A stretch of 64,000 bases of DNA, from positions 195,827 through 259,826 of the forward strand of contig CAWIGU010000005.1 of NCBI GenBank assembly GCA_963835815.1, written 5' to 3'. This DNA comes from an uncultured Acidimicrobiaceae bacterium. GTDB lineage: Bacteria; Actinomycetota; Acidimicrobiia; Acidimicrobiales; RAAP-2. Made by a program: the position numbers and the translations under genes. Of the stretch, positions 19,418 to 29,981 are shown piece by piece. A model generated the notes under the pieces. That model had not been told where the DNA came from, ran no database searches, and saw only the letters and a list, made by a program, of their open reading frames with translations. Position 1 is the stretch's first letter. Each line of letters starts with the position of its first letter.

Positions 19418-19522
19418 GAGGATCAGACTACAACCCCCGCTGCAGTACTCCGCGGGGGGAGGGCGCAATAGCGTTGGTGTCGGCATCGAGGCCCACGACC
19501 GGCTGTCGGGGGGAGGATTGGC

Positions 19523-22500
19523 GTGGCGGGACCGGAACGAGAAGACCCGGCCGAGACCGCTCCCCCGCGGGACCGCACGGAACTGGTCGCCCTCGTTGTC
19601 GCCGTCCTGTGGGTGTCGATCGTCGCCCTCGTCGACGCAATCTACGGCGGCAAGTTCGGCCTCATCGGCTTCCTGGCGATCGGTCCTTTCATCGCGGCCG
19701 CCTTCGCCGGGCCGCGACGCACGGCACTGGTCGGCTTGTACGCCACGGCCTTCTCGCTCATCCTGAGCACGCCGCCGCGCCAGTACGACCAACTGAATCA
19801 TTTTCTTCGCGTCTTCAGCCTGGTAGCCAGTTCCGGCGTGGCCACCTGGATCTCCTATCTCCGCACGCAGCGCAACCAGCAGTTGTGGTCGGCCCGCACC
19901 GAAACCCGCATCGAACGCAGGCGACGGGTGGCGGCCGAGACCGCCCAGAGCATGCAGGCATTGGCGCGGGCCCTCACGACCTCGGCCGACCCGGCCCAGG
20001 TGGCCGATGCCGTGTTCGGCGCTCTGCGCGACGAGTTGAGCGTCGACGCAGCCGCCTTCGCCACGACGGACGAACGCGGTGTCCTGTGCGTACATCAGCG
20101 GTTCGGGTACGAGGACGGTGAATCGGAGGGCGTGCTCGTCGAAGCCATGGAGCCCGAGGGTGAGCTTGCCCAGGTCGTCGCCCAGCGGCAGGGCGTCTTC
20201 GCCGATTCCATCGACGAGCACAGCGTGGAGCGACCCATGGTCACGGCCTCGGTGAGAGCCAGCCGCTTCAGGTCCTTCGCTGTCGTGCCGTTGGTCGTCT
20301 CCGACCATGCGGTCGGTGCGGTCGTGGTGCAGTGGGTGAAGCGCAGGTCGATCACCGAAGGCGACAAGCGGTTCCTCTTCACCATCACCGGAGCGGCGGC
20401 CCAGGCCGTCGAAAGAGCCCGCTTGACCCTCACCGAGTTCATCAACCTCGAGCGCAGCCAGCAGCTTGCACCATCTCAGTTCGGCCCTGGCCGCAGCAAC
20501 GACGCCGAGCGAAGTGGCCCACGAGGCCGTCGCCAGCGTGCGACGTGCCCTTGGCGCACAGTCGGCGGCCTGCCGCGTCCCCGTGGCCGATGGCCAGCAG
20601 CTCTCGTGCCTGGCCAATAGCGGTGACCCAGCCCTGCTTTCCCGGGTCCCGATCCCACTGGACCGCACCCCGTCCGGATCCACCTTCACCTCGGGTCGCA
20701 CGCTCACCACCAGCCTGGGGGCGTCGACCGCACCTCGACGGCACATGTGACGCCCGAGATCGTGCAGGACGTCATGGTGGAATTGGGGCATCCGGTGACA
20801 ATCGTGACGGAGCCACTCATGGGGAGCGTGGGCTCGCTCGGGGTACTCACCCTCGCCTTCGTCGGTCGCCCCGAGCCGAGCGAGCCCGAGCTACGGTTTC
20901 TCTCGACCCTGGCCGGACTGACGGCACAGGCGCTCGAGCGGGCCCAGCTCTTCGAGCAGGAACGCCAGACCCTGCGCGACGCGGAGGCGGCCAGGGAACG
21001 CCTGTCCCTGCTCTCCGACGTCACGAGTCTGCTGAGCTCCAGCCTCGATCCGACGACGGTGATCCAACGGACGATGAACCTCGTGGTGGGCCGGCTCGCC
21101 GATGCCTGCGTGGTGCAGGTCCCCGGCGACAGTGGGCTGCAACGACTCAATGTGCGTGCGGCAAAGGTCTTCGAGTCGCCAACCGAAGCGAGCCTCATCG
21201 GCGTGGACAACATTCCGTTCGACTCCGACGCGCCGGCCGCCATCGCCTACCGGACCGGCCGTATCCATCTCGCGCCGACCTCGGTGACCGATGACGCCGG
21301 GCGGGGCGAAGCCGCGGCGCTGGCCGTGCCGTTCACCGCCAACGGGCAGGTCATCGGGGTGATGACGTTCTTCGACGGTCCCGGTCGCACGTTCGAGGCC
21401 GACGATGTCGCCCTGGCCACCGAGGTCGCCAGCCGCACCGGCGTGGCGCTGTCGAACGCGACCCGGTTCCAACGCGAGCACGTCGTCGCCGAGGTCCTCC
21501 AGCGCGCCGTGCTCCCCGATTTCCTTCCCACCGTCGGCGGTCTGCACCTCGACGCCGAGTACCGCGCCGGTGCTGCCGGGACCTACGTCGGCGGCGACTG
21601 GTACGACGTCTTCCAACTCGACGACGACAACGTCATGTTCAGCGTGGGTGACGTCATGGGCAAAGGTGCCCCCGCGGCCGCACTGATGGGACAGGTCCGT
21701 AGCGCCATACGCGCCTATGCGGTAGCCGGCCAGAGCCCGTCCGAAGTGCTCTCCTCGCTGGATCGCCTCTTCGACGTCCTGGTGGAGGACCGCGTGGTCA
21801 CCGTCGTGGTGGGGTCGATCAATCCGAAGTCGGGAACCGTCCGCATCGCCAACGCGGGCCACCCGTCACCGCTGATCGTGCGGCGGCGGCGGCGAGGCAT
21901 CGTTCTCCTCCATGCAGAGCTCGCTCCTTGTCGCCGCCGGGCTGGGAGGACCCGAGCGGCCGGCCTACGACCTCGTCCTCGCCCCGGGCGACGCGCTCGT
22001 CATGTACTCCGACGGCCTCATCGAACGGCGCAGCGAGCTCATCACCGTCGGCATGCGCCGGTTGGCCGAGGCTGCCACCGCTGTTGCCGCCGGGGGATGG
22101 CCGGAGCGGGCGGCGTCGGAGCTCGCCACGCGGCTGGGTGATGACGAGACCGCCGACGACGTCGTGGTGCTCGCCGTGCATTACCTCGGGTCGCCGGCCG
22201 GGGATAGAGGATCGGCGATGCTGGGTACAGACCTGGCTGGAATGTCCACGCTGCACCTCGACCCCATTGTGGAGAGCACCCCCACCGCACGCCATTGGAT
22301 CGCGGACCGGCTGCGCGACGTCCCGGCCGACGTGCGCGAGTGTGCGGCCCTTCTCACGTCCGAGCTGGTGACCAATGCAGTGCTGCACGCCGCGACGCCG
22401 TTCACCGTGACGCTCCATCTGATGGCCGACCGTATCCGGGTCGACGTGGCCGACAGCAGTCCCGTTGCCCCTTCCTTGAAGGATTACGCCACCGACGCCG

Positions 22501-23183
22501 CCACCGGACGAGGGCTGACGCTCTTCAACACGCTGGCCTCCGACTGGGGCGTCCAGCCGGTCATGGGCGGGAAGATCGTGTGGTTCGAACTGCCGGTCGA
22601 CTACGTGGTCGCGCCGGACGGGGTTTCCGACGGGGCCTTCCGCTTCGATCTCATCGGCGTGGCGCAGGCGGAGTTGCACGACGGGGCGCACGCCCAACCG
22701 CTCGTCCCGGTGAACCTCATCGGGGTTCCGGTGGGCTTGCTCCAGAAGGCCAGCGAGGAATACGAAGCGCTGTTTCGCGAGCTCCGCCTGATGAAGGAGC
22801 GCGACGACGCCGACCAGTCCCTCCTCCCGGAACGACTGACGGCACTTCTGTCGGAAATAGGGACGCGGTTCAGTGGTCTGGGGCCGGGCATCGACGAGGG
22901 CTGGCAGGAAGTCGTGGATCGCAAGGCCACGACGTACGACTGGCACTTTGCGCTGCCGCAGTCCGCCGAACGCGCCTGCCTGCTCTACGACGCCATGCTG
23001 GACGAAGCAGACCGATTCGCCCAGGAGGCCCAGTTGCTCACGCTGCCGGCGTCCGCCGCCAGCGTTGCCGTGCGCCGGTGGTTTCTCTCCGAGTTGGTGA
23101 CGCAGCTACGCGGGCGGCCACCGATCCCGTGGCTGGAGAGCCCCATGCACCGGGCCTTGATGCAACGGGTCGCGACGACCTGA
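19523..23183 (+). pseudogene. membrane-anchored GAFx3 - PP2C/SpoIIE phosphatase - HATPase_c (RsbW-like kinase) - unknown C-terminal domain protein; three frame breaks (about 20464-20470, 20717-20724, 21878-21893)
   Basis: Four consecutive ORFs (19523.., 20466.., 20747.., 21912..23183) read as one protein. The parts are TM helices, GAF-like segments, a SpoIIE core (GGDWYDVF, GDVMGKG, NAGHPSPL, LVMYSDGL), and a kinase-like N-box/G-box (ELVTNAVLHA, GRGL). The span is 3n+1 nt. Confidence 0.75.
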
Positions 23184-23187
23184 GCGG

Positions 23188-23769
23188 TCAGCGGCGCTTG
23201 CCCATCGCCTTCTTGAGGACCAGGCTGTAGAGATCGAGGCCCTCGAAGGAGAGTCGCGCCGCCGGACCACTCGCAATGGACACCCGCTCGGGAATGATCC
23301 CCCACACCGGGACGCCGAGTTCCGACCACCACTCGACGGTGGCCTCCAGATCCCTCGTCCCCAGCCTGGCCGAGCAGATCACGACGCCGGCCGGAATGTT
23401 GGACGGGGTCATCTCGAGCGTGGCGACGACCCGGTTCGGCTCGACTCCCCCGGCCCGGGTCGGAATGACGAGGGCGTCGGCGCGGGCCAGTGCCGCCCGC
23501 ACGATGCGCTCATCGCCCGGCGGGGTGTCGACCACTGCGATGCCGTCGTCGCGCTCCATGGCCTTGGCCACCGTTCGCTCCGAGGGCGCTTCCACCAGTT
23601 CGACCCCCGAGATGGGCATGGTTTCGAACCACTCGGCAGACGACGCTTGACGGTCGGCGTCAACCAGGTAGACGGCTTGGCGCATTCGCTGCGCCGCGGC
23701 GCCGGCCAGATAGACGGCAGTGGTCGTCTTACCCACTCCGCCCTTGACGTTGCTCACCACAATGTTCAT
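23188..23769 (-). CDS. ParA/MinD-family P-loop ATPase, short orphan form
   Basis: 193-aa ORF with the deviant Walker A (VSNVKGGVGKTTTA) and Walker A'/B segments (VYLVDADRQ, IAVVDTPP). Confidence 0.8.
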   Translation of the reverse strand: MNIVVSNVKGGVGKTTTAVYLAGAAAQRMRQAVYLVDADRQASSAEWFETMPISGVELVEAPSERTVAKAMERDDGIAVVDTPPGDERIVRAALARADALVIPTRAGGVEPNRVVATLEMTPSNIPAGVVICSARLGTRDLEATVEWWSELGVPVWGIIPERVSIASGPAARLSFEGLDLYSLVLKKAMGKRR

Positions 23770-23817
23770 TGCCCGATGACCTCCGCTCGTAGGGTAGCCA
23801 ACGCGTGTGACCCCTTC

Positions 23818-24654
23818 CTACGGGAGGAGCAGACGTCCGAGACGGCGACTGGTGACGACGACGCCGCCGACCGCCATCGCGGTCAGATACGCGATGTGGA
23901 TGAGAAGTGACCACGTAAAGATCCCCAGGTCACAAGCTCGCACCAGGACCACTCCCTGATAGAGGGGCGTGCAGCGCACCACGGCTTGGAGCCACCCGGG
24001 GAAGACCGTCAACGGGTAGAACGTGGCCGAGAACAAGAACAGCGGGATGAACGCCAGCGAAACGATGTCGAAGTCCTGCCAGGTCCGCATGAACGTGGTC
24101 CCGGCCATCCCGACGGCGGCAAAGGCCAGGCTGATGAGAATGGCGGCGGGCCAACAGAGGATGGCCCACGGTGAGACGACGTAGCCCAGTGCCGCCATGA
24201 TGCACAGGAAGGCACCCGAGTAGAGGGCTCCCCGCAGCACGCACCAGCCCAGTTCGCCCAGCGCGATGTCGCCCACGGCGAGCGGCGTGGCCAGCATGGC
24301 GTCGTAGGTCTTGGCGATCTTCAGCTTCATGAAGACCAAGAAGGTGGAGTCGAGCATGGCGCCGTTCATCGCCGACGAGGCCAAAAGGCCCGGGGCGACG
24401 AACGCCGTGTAGGCGACCAGACGTCCGTTGACCGGAATCGGGCCGACGAGGTGACTGAGGCCGATCCCGATCGAGAGCAGGTAGAAGAGCGGCTCGAAGA
24501 AGCCGGAGACGATGAAGATCCACGACCGTCGGTAGACGAGGATGTTGCGCTCGAGCACCCTGGCGGCGTTGCGCCCCCCCAAGAACGCGAGCGGGGTGAT
24601 CCGCAGGGCGACGGCGGGCCGTTCCACCCCACTCGTGACATCGGTCACCGTCAT
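23818..24654 (-). CDS. ABC-2-type exporter permease (DrrB/DrrC-like)
   Basis: Internal ATG 24654 (MTVTDVTSG...) forms an ATGA overlap with the upstream permease stop. About six hydrophobic helices. Confidence 0.75.
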   Translation of the reverse strand: MTVTDVTSGVERPAVALRITPLAFLGGRNAARVLERNILVYRRSWIFIVSGFFEPLFYLLSIGIGLSHLVGPIPVNGRLVAYTAFVAPGLLASSAMNGAMLDSTFLVFMKLKIAKTYDAMLATPLAVGDIALGELGWCVLRGALYSGAFLCIMAALGYVVSPWAILCWPAAILISLAFAAVGMAGTTFMRTWQDFDIVSLAFIPLFLFSATFYPLTVFPGWLQAVVRCTPLYQGVVLVRACDLGIFTWSLLIHIAYLTAMAVGGVVVTSRRLGRLLLP

Positions 24655-25481
24655 ACGACCAGCCGCTTGGCAAATGTGCGGCGGCAGAGGGCATATCCGA
24701 CGCCGACCCAGAGCGACAGGTAGGCGGCATGTCCCACGTCGACCCACCCGTCGACGTGTCCCAACGTCAGGTCACGACAAAGGGCGACCCCGTGGTAGAG
24801 CGGCGTGACGTAGGCCAGATATTGCAGGAGAAGGGGCAGCTGGGAGATCGGGAAGAACGTGCCCGAGAAGAGAAACAGGGGGATCACCACGAAGCGGTAC
24901 ACCGTCGAGAACGAGGTGTCCTTGTCCTGCGTCGCCGAGAATGCGGCCATGGGCGCACCGAAGGCCATCCCCGTCAGGATGCCGGCGGGCAGGGCCAAGA
25001 TGGCATAGGCGGAGTGGACCGTCCCGAAGACGGCCATCACCGCCAGGTAGATGGAGGTGACGATCCCGATGCGCGCGGCAACCCATGCCAGATGGCCCAG
25101 GAGCACGTCGTAAATGCTCAGTGGCGCGGCGAGCATGGCCAGGTAGACGCGTGTCCATTTGATGGCCCCCATGACCGGCCACATGGTGTCGTTGGCGCCG
25201 ATCTGCATGCAGGTTGCGGCGAGGAGGCCGGGCGCCAGATAGGCGACATAGGTGACGCCATCCACCCCGTGCGAGTGCTTGTCGATGAGTGAGCCCAGAG
25301 CGACCCCCATCGAGGTCAGGTACAACACGGGGATCAGGAAGCTTGTGAAGATCGAGCTGCGCCAGGTCCGCTTGTACTGGTAACCCCAGTACAGCGCACC
25401 GCGTAGCCACATCGGCGTCGTGAAGCGGCGCGGCCGCACCACCTCACCGTGTTCGAAGATGACGGGTTCTGCGATCGACAT
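24651..25481 (-). CDS. ABC-2-type exporter permease (DrrB/DrrC-like)
   Basis: 276-aa polytopic ORF, a paralogue of the adjacent permease. Confidence 0.75.
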   Translation of the reverse strand: MSIAEPVIFEHGEVVRPRRFTTPMWLRGALYWGYQYKRTWRSSIFTSFLIPVLYLTSMGVALGSLIDKHSHGVDGVTYVAYLAPGLLAATCMQIGANDTMWPVMGAIKWTRVYLAMLAAPLSIYDVLLGHLAWVAARIGIVTSIYLAVMAVFGTVHSAYAILALPAGILTGMAFGAPMAAFSATQDKDTSFSTVYRFVVIPLFLFSGTFFPISQLPLLLQYLAYVTPLYHGVALCRDLTLGHVDGWVDVGHAAYLSLWVGVGYALCRRTFAKRLVV

Positions 25482-25499
25482 GCGAGGTGCTCGTCGCCG

Positions 25500-26525
25500 T
25501 CAGTCGACGAGCGTGCGGCCGGTCAACCGGAGGAAGACGTCTTCCAGGGTCGACCGGCGCACCAGCGTGCTCTGCGGGGCCAGTCCCATGGCAGCGACCG
25601 CGCTCAGCGCGGCATCCCCGTCGTCGGTGTAGAGAAGGATCCGATCAGGGAGGACCTCGTGACGCTCCGCGAGCCCCGCCACCTGCAGCGCGATCTCTTC
25701 GTGCTGACCGGGCTGGAAGCGCAGCTCGACCACCTCCTTGGTGGCGTGGTGCTCAATGAGCTGGCGCGGACTCCCCTCCGCAGCAAAGCGGCCCTTGTCC
25801 ATGACGACCAGGCGGTCGCACAACTGTTCGGCCTCGTCCATGTAGTGCGTCGTGATCACCAACGTCACGCCCTGCTGCTTCAAGCGGTACAGGCGATCCC
25901 ACAGGAGATGGCGCGCCTGGGGATCGAGCCCGGTGGTCGGCTCGTCGAGGATGAGAAGGTCCGGGTCAGAAATGAGGGCGCGGGCGATCGTGAGTCGCCG
26001 TTTCATGCCGCCCGAGAGCGGGTCCACCCTGTCGTTGGCGCGTTCGGTCAGCTGGGCGAACTCCAGGAGCTGGTCGGCCCGTTGGCGGATCACCTTCTTC
26101 GGCATGTCGAAGTAACGGCCGTAGATCATGAGGTTGTCGAGAACCGTGAGGTCGAGGTCCAACGAGTCCTCCTGGGGGACCAGTCCCATCCGGGCTCGGA
26201 TCTGCGCGCCCTCCGTGGCCGGGTCCATGCCCAGCACCCGCAGGGTGCCGTCGCTTACCGGGCTGATGCACGAGATCATGCGCATGGTCGACGTCTTGCC
26301 TGCACCGTTGGGACCGAGGAAGCCGAACGACTCGCCCTTGGCGATGGTGAAATCGACCCCGTCCACGGCGACGAAATCGCCGAAGCGCTTTACCAGGTTG
26401 TGGGCCTCGACCATCGGAGCCGGCTGCAATGCGCCGTCGTCGTGCGGCAGCGGGGCCGCGATCGTCCCGTCAGCGTCCCGCGTCGGTGTCGGGGCGTCAT
26501 CGGTCGCAGGCGAGGAGTATGACAT
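25500..26525 (-). CDS. ABC exporter ATP-binding protein (DrrA/NodI-like)
   Basis: Walker A GPNGAGKTS, signature LSGGMKRRL, Walker B LLILDEPT. Start taken at ATG 26525 (MSYSSPATDD...). Confidence 0.85.
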   Translation of the reverse strand: MSYSSPATDDAPTPTRDADGTIAAPLPHDDGALQPAPMVEAHNLVKRFGDFVAVDGVDFTIAKGESFGFLGPNGAGKTSTMRMISCISPVSDGTLRVLGMDPATEGAQIRARMGLVPQEDSLDLDLTVLDNLMIYGRYFDMPKKVIRQRADQLLEFAQLTERANDRVDPLSGGMKRRLTIARALISDPDLLILDEPTTGLDPQARHLLWDRLYRLKQQGVTLVITTHYMDEAEQLCDRLVVMDKGRFAAEGSPRQLIEHHATKEVVELRFQPGQHEEIALQVAGLAERHEVLPDRILLYTDDGDAALSAVAAMGLAPQSTLVRRSTLEDVFLRLTGRTLVD

Positions 26526-26580
26526 CACTGTCAGCCACGATACATTGCACGCCGGACATGGCCGGCGGAGGAGGCCAGGC

Positions 26581-27450
26581 TCAAACCGACGCCAACTCCG
26601 TCGTGGCGACGATGGCGTCGATGATCCGGTCCCACGTGGCTTCGGGCAGGTCATGGCCCATCCCCGGGATCAGCATGAGCTCCGCGTCGGGCACTGCAGC
26701 CGCGGTGGCCCTGCCCCCGCTCACCGTGACCAAGGGATCTTCCTCGCCGTGAATCACGAGAAACGGGATCGTCACCTGTCGCAACCCTTCCGTCCGGTCC
26801 GGCGAGCCCAGGATCGCGCCCAGTTGACGCGCCGTTCCCTCGGGGCAGTAGGAGCGGTCGTACGCGGCGACGGCCCTCCGGGTCATCAGGTCGACGTCGA
26901 AAGGAAAGCCGGGAGAGCTGATCACCTTGCTGGACGACAGGCTGGCTGCAATCGCCTCCTCCCTGTTGACGGCGGCAGGACGCAGCATGGCCGAGACGGC
27001 CTCCCCCGTCGGCGCACCGACGGTGATGTCGCCGGTGGTCGACATGATGGACGTCGCCGACAGAACCCGCGACGGGTGATTGATGACAAGGGCCTGGGTG
27101 ATCATGCCGCCCATCGAAACGCCGACGACGTGTGCCCGTTCGAGACCCAACTCGTCCAGGACGCCCAGGGCGTCCTCGGCCATGTCGTCCACCACGTAGG
27201 GCGCGGAGCTCGTGTCGCCGCCGAGGAGCGCCATGAAGTCAGGCACTCCTTCGAACTTGGTGGAGAGTCCCGAATCTCGGTTGTCGAAGCGGATGGTGAA
27301 GAAGCCCCGTGCGGTCAACCGCTCGACGAACATCGCGGGCCAGGCGATCAGCTGTGCCCCCAGCCCCATGACGAGGAGCAGCGCGGGGTCCGCCGGATCC
27401 CCGCTCGTCACGTACTCGATATCGACCCCGTTGACGTGAGCGGTGGGCAC
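26581..27450 (-). CDS. alpha/beta hydrolase
   Basis: Nucleophile elbow GVSMGG. GTG 27450 is preceded by AAGGAG at a 6-nt spacing. Confidence 0.8.
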   Translation of the reverse strand: MPTAHVNGVDIEYVTSGDPADPALLLVMGLGAQLIAWPAMFVERLTARGFFTIRFDNRDSGLSTKFEGVPDFMALLGGDTSSAPYVVDDMAEDALGVLDELGLERAHVVGVSMGGMITQALVINHPSRVLSATSIMSTTGDITVGAPTGEAVSAMLRPAAVNREEAIAASLSSSKVISSPGFPFDVDLMTRRAVAAYDRSYCPEGTARQLGAILGSPDRTEGLRQVTIPFLVIHGEEDPLVTVSGGRATAAAVPDAELMLIPGMGHDLPEATWDRIIDAIVATTELASV

Positions 27451-27541
27451 GTGCGACTCCTTGGTTGTCGTGGCGTTCCGGAGGAATTTCCTACCAGCCC
27501 AGTGTGCACCCTGCCTCCCCACCCTCAAGCGCTACAGCGCC

Positions 27542-28159
27542 CTATGCCGGGAGACCTTCGGCGCGCCTCGCCCGGGCGCGCCGGAGGCGGGGGCCCAGCC
27601 GGCAGCCGACGAGCACGACCTGCACGGAGGCGATCGTGAGAATGAACAGGGGGAACGCGACCTCTGCGGTGGTCCAGTGCTGGATCGTCAGCAACAGAAT
27701 GCCTGCGTTGAGCACCGCACCGACATAGGTCGTCACCGTCTCGCTCTCGGGAGTGGACCAGCTCTTCACCATGGTGGGGACGCCGGCCAAGAAATCCGCC
27801 GCGATGGCGGCGACGATGGCCACGACACCGTTTCGGGTGCTGAGCCACGCCGCCGTGCCGGCCAGGGACATGGCGCCGCAGGCATAGTCGAGCCGCCCGA
27901 TCTTCCACACGGCGGCCGAATTGTGGAAGGAGGCGATGAACACCAGAAGGGGCATGAAGCCGATGACGAAGGTGGTCAGCGCGCGCAAGCCGACTCCCGA
28001 ATGCAGTTCCACGGCGAACGCCAGCAGCGGGGCGAACGCCCACAACAGCCAGGTGACCCGGTTGGGCTGCGTCGTGCCACGGAGGGTGTCCCGCACGTAG
28101 ACGAGGGACCCGGCAGCACCCAAGGCGGCGCCGAGATAGACGAAGTGGACGTTGATCAT
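27542..28159 (-). CDS. hypothetical integral membrane protein (about 6 TM)
   Basis: 205-aa hydrophobic ORF. I recognise no family. Confidence 0.5.
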   Translation of the reverse strand: MINVHFVYLGAALGAAGSLVYVRDTLRGTTQPNRVTWLLWAFAPLLAFAVELHSGVGLRALTTFVIGFMPLLVFIASFHNSAAVWKIGRLDYACGAMSLAGTAAWLSTRNGVVAIVAAIAADFLAGVPTMVKSWSTPESETVTTYVGAVLNAGILLLTIQHWTTAEVAFPLFILTIASVQVVLVGCRLGPRLRRARARRAEGLPA

Positions 28160-28300
28160 GGAGGCGCAGTCGGCTTCTCCACGACAGGTCTCCCGTCGTC
28201 GGGGCGACGTCCTACCGACATGGAGCGCCGCTAGCTTCTCGGCCGGGAGTCCCGGGAGGGATGTCCATGCCGCTACGCCGGAAGGGGACGATCGTCGTTC

Positions 28301-29981
28301 ATGGCTGAACTGCTCGCCGTCGCCTTCCTCGGAGGACTGATAACCGGGCTCTCGCCGTGCATCGTGCCGGTCCTGCCGGTCGTCGTGGCGGGCGGCTCGG
28401 CCGGAACGAGCAAGGCCCGGCCGTACGTCATCATCGCGGGCCTGGTGGTGAGCTTCGGCCTCACCGAGCTTGTCGGGAGCACGGTGCTGAGCGCACTCGG
28501 ACTGCCCCAGAATTTCCTCTTCTGGTTGGGCATCGGCCTCCTTGTCCTGCTCGCGGTCGGCCTCATGATCCCCGTCGTCGGCGAGTGGATCGAACGACCG
28601 TTCATGAGGTTGGGCGCCTCACGCTACGCCGACTCGGGGGGAGGTTTCGTCCTCGGGCTGAGCCTCGGCCTCGTCTTCGTCCCGTGCGCCGGCCCCGTCC
28701 TCGCCGCCATTTCGGCCGCGGCGGCCAAGCACCGCTTCACCCCGTCGTCATTTCTCGTCACCTTGTTCTATGCGGTCGGGGCGACGCTTCCTCTTCTCAT
28801 TCTCGCCATAGTCGCCCAGCGAGCCACGACCGGCTGGACGAAGCTGCGCACGAAGCTGCGGGTTATTCGACGGACCGCGGGGGCGGTCCTCCTCGTCACG
28901 ACGTTGGCCATCGCGTTCGGCCTTTTGGACCCACTGCAGCGGGCCGTCCCGGCTACACCTCAGCGCTCGAGAACCACATCGAGAGCTCCAGCTCGGTGTC
29001 CAAGCAGCTGCGGGCGCTCGACGGTGAGCACGCCAACACGTTCGCGAAGAAGGCGGCAGCCACGAGCAAGATGGCGACCCTGCCGAAGCTGGGCCTGGCC
29101 CCCAACTTCACCGGCATCGTGAGCTGGCTCAACACCCCCGACGACAAGCCACTTTCCTTGACCCGGCTCAAGGGCAAGGTGGTTCTCGTCGACTTCTGGA
29201 CGTATTCCTGCATCAACTGCCAGCGTTCGCTCCCTCACGTCGAGGGCTGGTACAACGACTACAAGAAGGATGGGCTCGTCGTCGTCGGTGTCAGCACGCC
29301 CGAGTTCGCCTTCGAACACGTCGTCTCCAACGTTCGGAGCGCGGCCGGCCACCTCGGCGTCGACTACCCCATCGCCATCGACAACAACGACGACACCTGG
29401 TACGCCTACGGCAACGAGTACTGGCCGGCCGAGTACCTGATCGATCCCACCGGTGAGGTCCGCGCCTACGACTTCGGAGAAGGCGGGTACGGCGCCATGG
29501 AGAGTGCCATCCGGGCGCTGCTGACGGCCAATGGCGTGACCTCCTTGCCACCGCGCACCGATGTTGCGGACAGGACCCCGATCAACCAGACCACACCGGA
29601 GAGCTATGTCGGCTACGGAGAAGGAGGATCCGACGCCGCGGGGACTGCGCTCGTGCACGACAAGCCGCTCGTCTACAAAGCACCCGATCCCGTGCCATCA
29701 ACACGTTCGCGCTCGACGGGACATGGACGGATCACGCACAGGAAGCGACAGCAGGTTCGGATGCGCAGATCTATCTTCATTTCGTTGCCGGCGACGTGTA
29801 CCTCGTCATGGGTGGAACGGGCACCGTCGATGTGTCCTTCGACGGACGGCGTCTCTCCACCGTCAAAGTGAACGGGGTACCGCGCCTCTACACCTTGTTC
29901 TCCGGAAATGCGCTACGGACCGGCCAGCTGGACCTGCGCGTCAGTCCCGGCGTGCAGGCGTACGACTTCACCTTCGGCTGA
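28301..29981 (+). pseudogene. dipZ: DipZ-like protein (CcdA/DsbD membrane domain + TlpA-like thioredoxin + C-terminal beta domain); two frame breaks (about 28946-28953, 29692-29699)
   Basis: CcdA part in ORF 28301.. (LSPCIVPVLP, FVPCAGPVL). Thioredoxin part in ORF 28357..29871 (VLVDFWTYSCINCQRSLP). The tail is in ORF 29796..29981. The span is 3n+1 nt. Confidence 0.8.

Noticed and set aside
21879-21893. The (CGG)n microsatellite (cggcggcggcggcga) as a possible phase-variation tract in the PP2C gene.
   Set aside because: It has only about 4-5 units, which is common in GC-rich coding sequence. One frame break maps here, but the other breaks are not in repeats, so a contingency-locus interpretation is not supported.
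23188-23769. The ParA-like gene as a marker of an integrated plasmid or partition locus.
   Set aside because: There is no ParB/RHH partner, no iterated centromere-like repeats, no replication or conjugation genes nearby, and no visible compositional change relative to the flanks.
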